Below, one piece after another: positions 57,001 to 63,000 of a stretch of DNA of 64,000 bases. Positions within the stretch are counted from its first letter, which is position 1. Each line of letters starts with the position of its first letter. Below the pieces are notes generated by a model that did not search any database, was not told where the DNA came from, and was given only the letters and a program-made list of their open reading frames with translations. A program made the position numbers and the translations under genes. Origin of the DNA: Candidatus Omnitrophota bacterium (GTDB lineage: Bacteria > Omnitrophota > Gorgyraeia > Gorgyraeales > Gorgyraeaceae); contig JAUYDX010000042.1 of the NCBI GenBank assembly GCA_030691625.1, positions 463-64,462 of the forward strand, given 5' to 3'.

Positions 57001-60000
57001 TATATGTCGAGGGTAATTCTTGTAATGTTTGGGGCGTGGATATTCGGAAGGTCTCATCAGAAGCTTATTTACTGGTCTAGTGACAAACCAGGCCTGGAAG
57101 AAAAGGAAGATACGACCTCAAGGCATAAGTTATTTTTCTCCACGCTGGGAATAGTTTTCAGAGGCCTGTATCTTATACCCGGCATCAATGCTTTAGTAGG
57201 GCTTTTTGGGGCTGTTTCCATGCATCTATTCTATGGAGTAAAGATAGCCCCATTCTTTAACCTGCCACAGGCCATTGACTCATCGCATGAACAATCTATC
57301 AATGAACGGCTTAGCTATTTATGCGAGGGTAGCGAAGCTATGAAAACAGCTATCAAAGGCGCTATTGTCAATGATTACTGGTCTTATGGCGATCCGCCAT
57401 TTAAGGTTACGGTTAGAGTTGATAAGGACGGCAAGATGATAGAGGACACAAAAAAACTGCATATAAACAGAAGGTTATTCGAAGGCCTGTTAAGCCATCT
57501 GCATGATAAAACAACAGGCGATATGTGGCGTTATATTACTATAGCATTATTGAAGTATCTTGAGACATCCTTCTTGAATTTAGACACTTATGACTTAAAG
57601 GCTTTGGCCAATCTAAAGCAGATCTACATTGGAAGGCCGTATAGCAAAGAATACAGGCGAGATCGCTTGAATCCGTTGTATCAGGATACAGAAAAGTTAA
57701 ATTATACCAGCGCGCTTGCGGCGCTGTATGTATATTATGAATCTTTCAATAGCGCGGCGTATTATGACTATCTAAATAGCAAGGGGGTTATCAGCGCTGA
57801 CATAGAAGACCTTGCTAAGGCTGTAAAAACAGATGGCTTCCTCAGCCTTACTCTTGGACGGATGGCTGATTTTATGTATAAGTGCGAAAGAGAAAATATA
57901 ATAACTGCTACGTTAGATGCTTTTCTACATGGGCGCAGAGGTTATATTGCAGAAGCAATTCAAGATATTGTAAGCGGGTATAGAGAAGAGAAATTTATGA
58001 AATATATGTATATATTAGCCGAAAGCGCGCCTGAGGAAAGATGGCATGACCTTATAAGTTTTTTCTGGGAGATAAAGACAAACCCAAACGAGCAGGTAAA
58101 AGAAGGAGAACTGGAATTTGCCAGGCCTTTCCAGTTATATGAAACTTTTATGAAAGATGAAGAGAGAAAGCCCAGTCATAATCCTGGAACAGAAAGTATC
58201 GCCAGCGGCGCATCCCTTAAGGCCTCGCTCAGAGATTTATTCGCAGGCAATAAGGAAATGCAGGCAATGATAGCAGATAGCGTTATTCATGGCGATTGGG
58301 GATTTGGAAAGCCTGCCGCTGAAGTTACAGTAAAGATAGGAGAGACGCCTGTCCTGAATATCAACGGTCAGCTGTTAGATGCTTTATTAAAGAAGATAGA
58401 AAAAGACAATAATCCTGAACATAAGAAGATCTGCCTGGCTACTATTATGGGCGTATTGAAACAGGAGAAGGCTCATATTGATAATATTAATGCCAATGCT
58501 TATGACTTAAAGGCCCTGGCAGGCATAAAGGAGGGCTTTAAAGAAGCGATGGGAATAGACCCTGATGCAGAAAGAGAGGAGACAAGAAAAATATCAGAGG
58601 CCAGGGCTGGTTTGCAGGTTAAATATGAAGAGATAGGTTATAGGATATTAGACAAAGAATATCGGGACCGGCAGATTCATTCTACTGCCATATATAATCT
58701 GGGAGAGGCATATTATAGAGAGGGAGATGAGTTATTGGGCCGTACATTGATGCAGATATCAGAGTTTAAGAAAGGCTGCGAGACAGGGAATGGCAGCGTG
58801 TCATATCCTGCGGCGCTTGATTTGGAAAAAGGCGAAAAGAAAAAAGAAGACAACAAGCACTGGGATATACCAAGGTCTATTGAAATAGCATCGCAAGACC
58901 CTGGTTTTGTAGATCATTTAAAGAATGACTCAGATAGAATGACAGTAGAAGAGGTTAAGCAGAGATTTAATATCCCTGAGCAGGAAAAAGTTAAAATGCC
59001 GGCCGAGCTCATCTTCGGCTCGGGAAGTGTTTCCGAGTCTGCCGCGCTAAGCAGTAACCATTGGTTTACAGATTTTTATCCTATTATATGGTTAAAAGAA
59101 AGATGGTCTGCAATCTGGAACCGCAGATCAAGTTTTCTGCAGGTATTGCCGCATATTGAATCGCCTGCAGTTTCTACGTCAACCAATGATTTACAGGCCG
59201 GACAGAAAATCCAGGAATTGCCGATAAGAGAGAGGATTAGAAAAGAAATCATGGCGCGTTCTGATATTGTCAGTTTTAATCCTACTAATGTCAGGGAACT
59301 ACAAGATAAGTTTAAAAACAAGAGCTCTGGGCCTGAGAAAATAGAAAAAATTGTCAGACGTTTATTAAAAACAAATGAAATAATAGAAGTATATGGCGGA
59401 AGATTAGTTGCGATTAAGACTAACGGGGAAGATAAATTAGGCGAGTTAATAAGGATAGGGATGCTTGTGAAATACCGCAGTCCCGAAGGGATAAAATATA
59501 TAACTGGAAAAGATCTGGAAATATTAAAAGCAAACAATAAAATTATAGCGGTGTCAACGGATGAAGAAGGATCCCTGGAATATATACTGGAGAGCGATTT
59601 GAATAAGTTTGAAGACATAATAGCGCTTCATTCTGCTGAGACTACAGGCAAGCCAGCTGAGCGAACAGTCAGTCCAAAGATTTCTTATTACCAGGCTGAT
59701 TTATTTTTCAAAATGTTCGAAGGCAAGTTTATAAAAATCGATAATCCTGCTACAGGCAAACCCAAATACATAGCATCTCAGGGAGAACACAAAAAGCCCT
59801 ACTTAAAAGAAATTAGGGATTCAAATAGGCGTAAGCTCGAGAAGATAGTTGGGAAAAAGCTGATGGTTAAAGAAAGCGACGCGGATTTAGAAAAAGAAAT
59901 AAAGGATTATATCGGTATTATAAGGAAAACATATACGATCCTGGACACTGTTTTTGGAGACAGGCCGGACGCAAAAACAGGAGAATACTTAAGCGACGCA

Positions 60001-63000
60001 GCATTAGACAGGACATTTGACACAAGCGACTTAGCCATAGCTAATAATTTGTTTGATTTTAATGCGCGCGAAAGCAGAGAAAAATATATTCAGTTACTCT
60101 GCGCAGCATTAATTTTAGATATACCCGACGAATCTCTCGCAGCGCTTTCCAGTAAAGAAACTGAGCCCATAAGAAGGCTCGCGAATAAGGTCAGATTCAT
60201 GGTAGACGGCATGCCTTATAAAAAGAATACCAAGGATGATTTTCATGCAGGCAAGTTTGAAACTATGATAGAAGATATGATTGAAACGCCAGAGGAACTT
60301 TTGCTTTATTTAGGAGCCAAGATCGATAAATTAAAATCTCATGCAAAAGCTTCTGCGCAGGTAAAATCCGATTATTATGATGAAATGAGGTTTATAGTAG
60401 CAGCTGTTGCTCAGCGTTATGGTTTAGTGGAATTGGCAAATGAAATAAAAGACAGGGTTTTTAAGGGTCTGGACAAAGATAATTATGAAGCGACTGTGGA
60501 AGCCAGGGATAAGAAAACCGGGATGGAGGAAAAGACTGCGCAGAGGTACATAGAAAGATTGGTCGGTGAATTGAAACAAGCCCTGCTTGGAGCAGGATTA
60601 AAAGCAGACATAGAGATCTACGGCCGTTTAAAGACGCCTGGCAGTATAGAACAGAAAAAAGGATTGAGGGGCTATGACTTTGATGATATGAGAGATCTGA
60701 TAGGGGTTAGGATCATTACAGAAAATGATCAAGATTGTTACGCGGTAATAGCTTTAATCAGGCAAATCTCCCATACAGAAACAGGAGAAAGGTCTTTTCT
60801 TGGCAAAGAAATATTAAAGGGATATGACGACTATATCGCAAAGCCCACAAAAGACGGATATAAAATGTTGCAGTTATGCGTGAACCATCCGATTGGTTTA
60901 AATGTTTCAAAATGGGGAATTATTGAAAACTCTTCGCAGTCGCAAACCATGCTTCCTATAGAGATACAGATCAGAAGCGCAGAAATGGAGAAGAAGGCGA
61001 AATACAGCAGTGATATCAGTGATCCTGTGAGAAATGCTAAACTAGCAGGCTATAAGTACTTTAAGAGCACAGGCTATGTGCCGGATATAGGCGTTGACTT
61101 AACGAGAAACATAAAAAATGTTAAGGAAAGTTTAAAAGAAGGCGATAAAGAACTGAGAGGTAAGGCCATATACTTACGTTTGCTGGAGAATAATGAAATA
61201 ATAAGGCTTTTGGAGACTCATGAAGGCCCTACGCCTGTAGACGCAATCTGCCACCGCAGGTATACAATGGATGATGTAGAAAGAGTGAATGGGATCACTA
61301 TAGTTACACGGGACGAAGATACAGAAGTTCCTAAAGAAATCAGTATCAGTTTGCTGGGAAAGGGCACGCAAAAAGTAAAAAATCTTCAGTACTTGGGGAA
61401 AAAATTACGCAGTGGAGATTCTATTGTAATAGAATATGTAAGAAAAGGAAGCGCTCGTATGCCCCTATTAGATTATCAGCCAGAACTTATACAAGCTTCT
61501 AATAATCTCAGGACGCAGGTATTATGCAGAAACTTAAAAGGTGGTTTAGACAAAGCTAAAGCGGAAGGAATAAAACTATTGCGCGAAGCAGGTATTATTA
61601 AAAATAAAAGAGATAAGAAGGTTTCAAGAGGCATAGAATCCGAATTGACTCCTATCGCGAGAAAGATTTGGGGCTTTCCAAAAGAAACATGGGAAGATGA
61701 ATTCTATGCAGCCGTAGGCACTCTTGTTAAAACAGGAAGCAATGTCAAAAGCTATGTTATTAATGTTAAAGATCTAGAAAACCTTGGTATAGCTCCTGTA
61801 AGCCTTTCAGGCTCTTCAGCAGCTTTAGCAGTTTCTTTAATCACCAGCGCCATACCTTTATCAGTAGCCTACAGCGTTTCCCAAGATATCCCGGAAATAG
61901 CTACTATAGCCATAGCCTTAGTCTCCCTGCCAGGGCTTATAACCAGCGCATTTTATCTAATACAGACAGGTTTCATAGCGTTCGCGAGGATATTGAATTA
62001 TCTTGTTAAAAGAGGCGTAATTCACGGGCCTCCAGGTTTTGGCCTTATACCAGAGTTTGAAGCTGCTATAAACGATCCTTCCTCAAAAGACCCTGCTTAT
62101 GTATCTCAAGACACGAAGCTTTATGTAAATAAGGCCTTAATGAGACTGATGCCTCAATGGATGCAGGGGCAAATCCTGATACACGAACAAATCCACCAGA
62201 ATGATATAGCCGGACATAGAAACCCAAGCGAAATAAGGGCATATCTAATGCCTGTCATGGAAAGTATCTCATGGCCGAAAGAAAAGTTCGCAAACATCCA
62301 GGGGAAAGTAAGATTTGAATTTTTAGCCGTTGTTATGATGTTTGGGATAGCCCTGGGGACTGTATATTATTTAGGCCATAAAGGACCTGATGCCTCAAAG
62401 GCAGAGCAGCATTATATTCTTGACAGCCAGGCAAAGTTATACAGCGAGCTTAGCAGAATAAACGAAGCAGAGGAAATAGCCGGCCATTATTATATGGGCC
62501 AGGATGGGAAATATCATATAACTGTTGAGGAAAGAGGCAGCGCTCGCTCTGTGTCCCCGGCTTCTCCTGAATTAAACGCGCATAATTTCCATGCCCATCC
62601 ATCGGAAAGCGCGACAAGCCCTCTGCATAAAACTCCGAGCCTGGCAGATCTATATGTTGTTATCGGGGACGCAAGGCAGGAGGACATAACAGTAACAGAG
62701 CCAGGCAGGTTTATAAAACTGGTAAATAACTCCACTGAGAGTAATCAGCCGTTTAAACGCCTGTACGTAGAGATCTACGACCGCGTAAAACAGGAAGTCG
62801 CGAAAATGGACCTGGATGAATATAATTCCGCGCAGATGCGGCAAGTATTAGCAACATATTTATTGAAGAAGGCCTTGTTCGAAAGGATTGAGGCTTTATT
62901 TAAGACTATTGCGCCAGATAATCCTGGAGCATCTGTATTTGATTTAGGCGAAGAAGACCGCAGGCTGGAATTACATGTTAATTCGTTTCCTTTTATAGCA

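Noticed and set aside
56880-57060. CPBP/Abi (CAAX-protease-like) motifs in a TM cluster
   Set aside because: Only FxxxH (FGRSH) fits cleanly. The EExxxR motif is imperfect (QELFYTG) and no HxxxN was found. It is kept only as a note on the TM-cluster feature.
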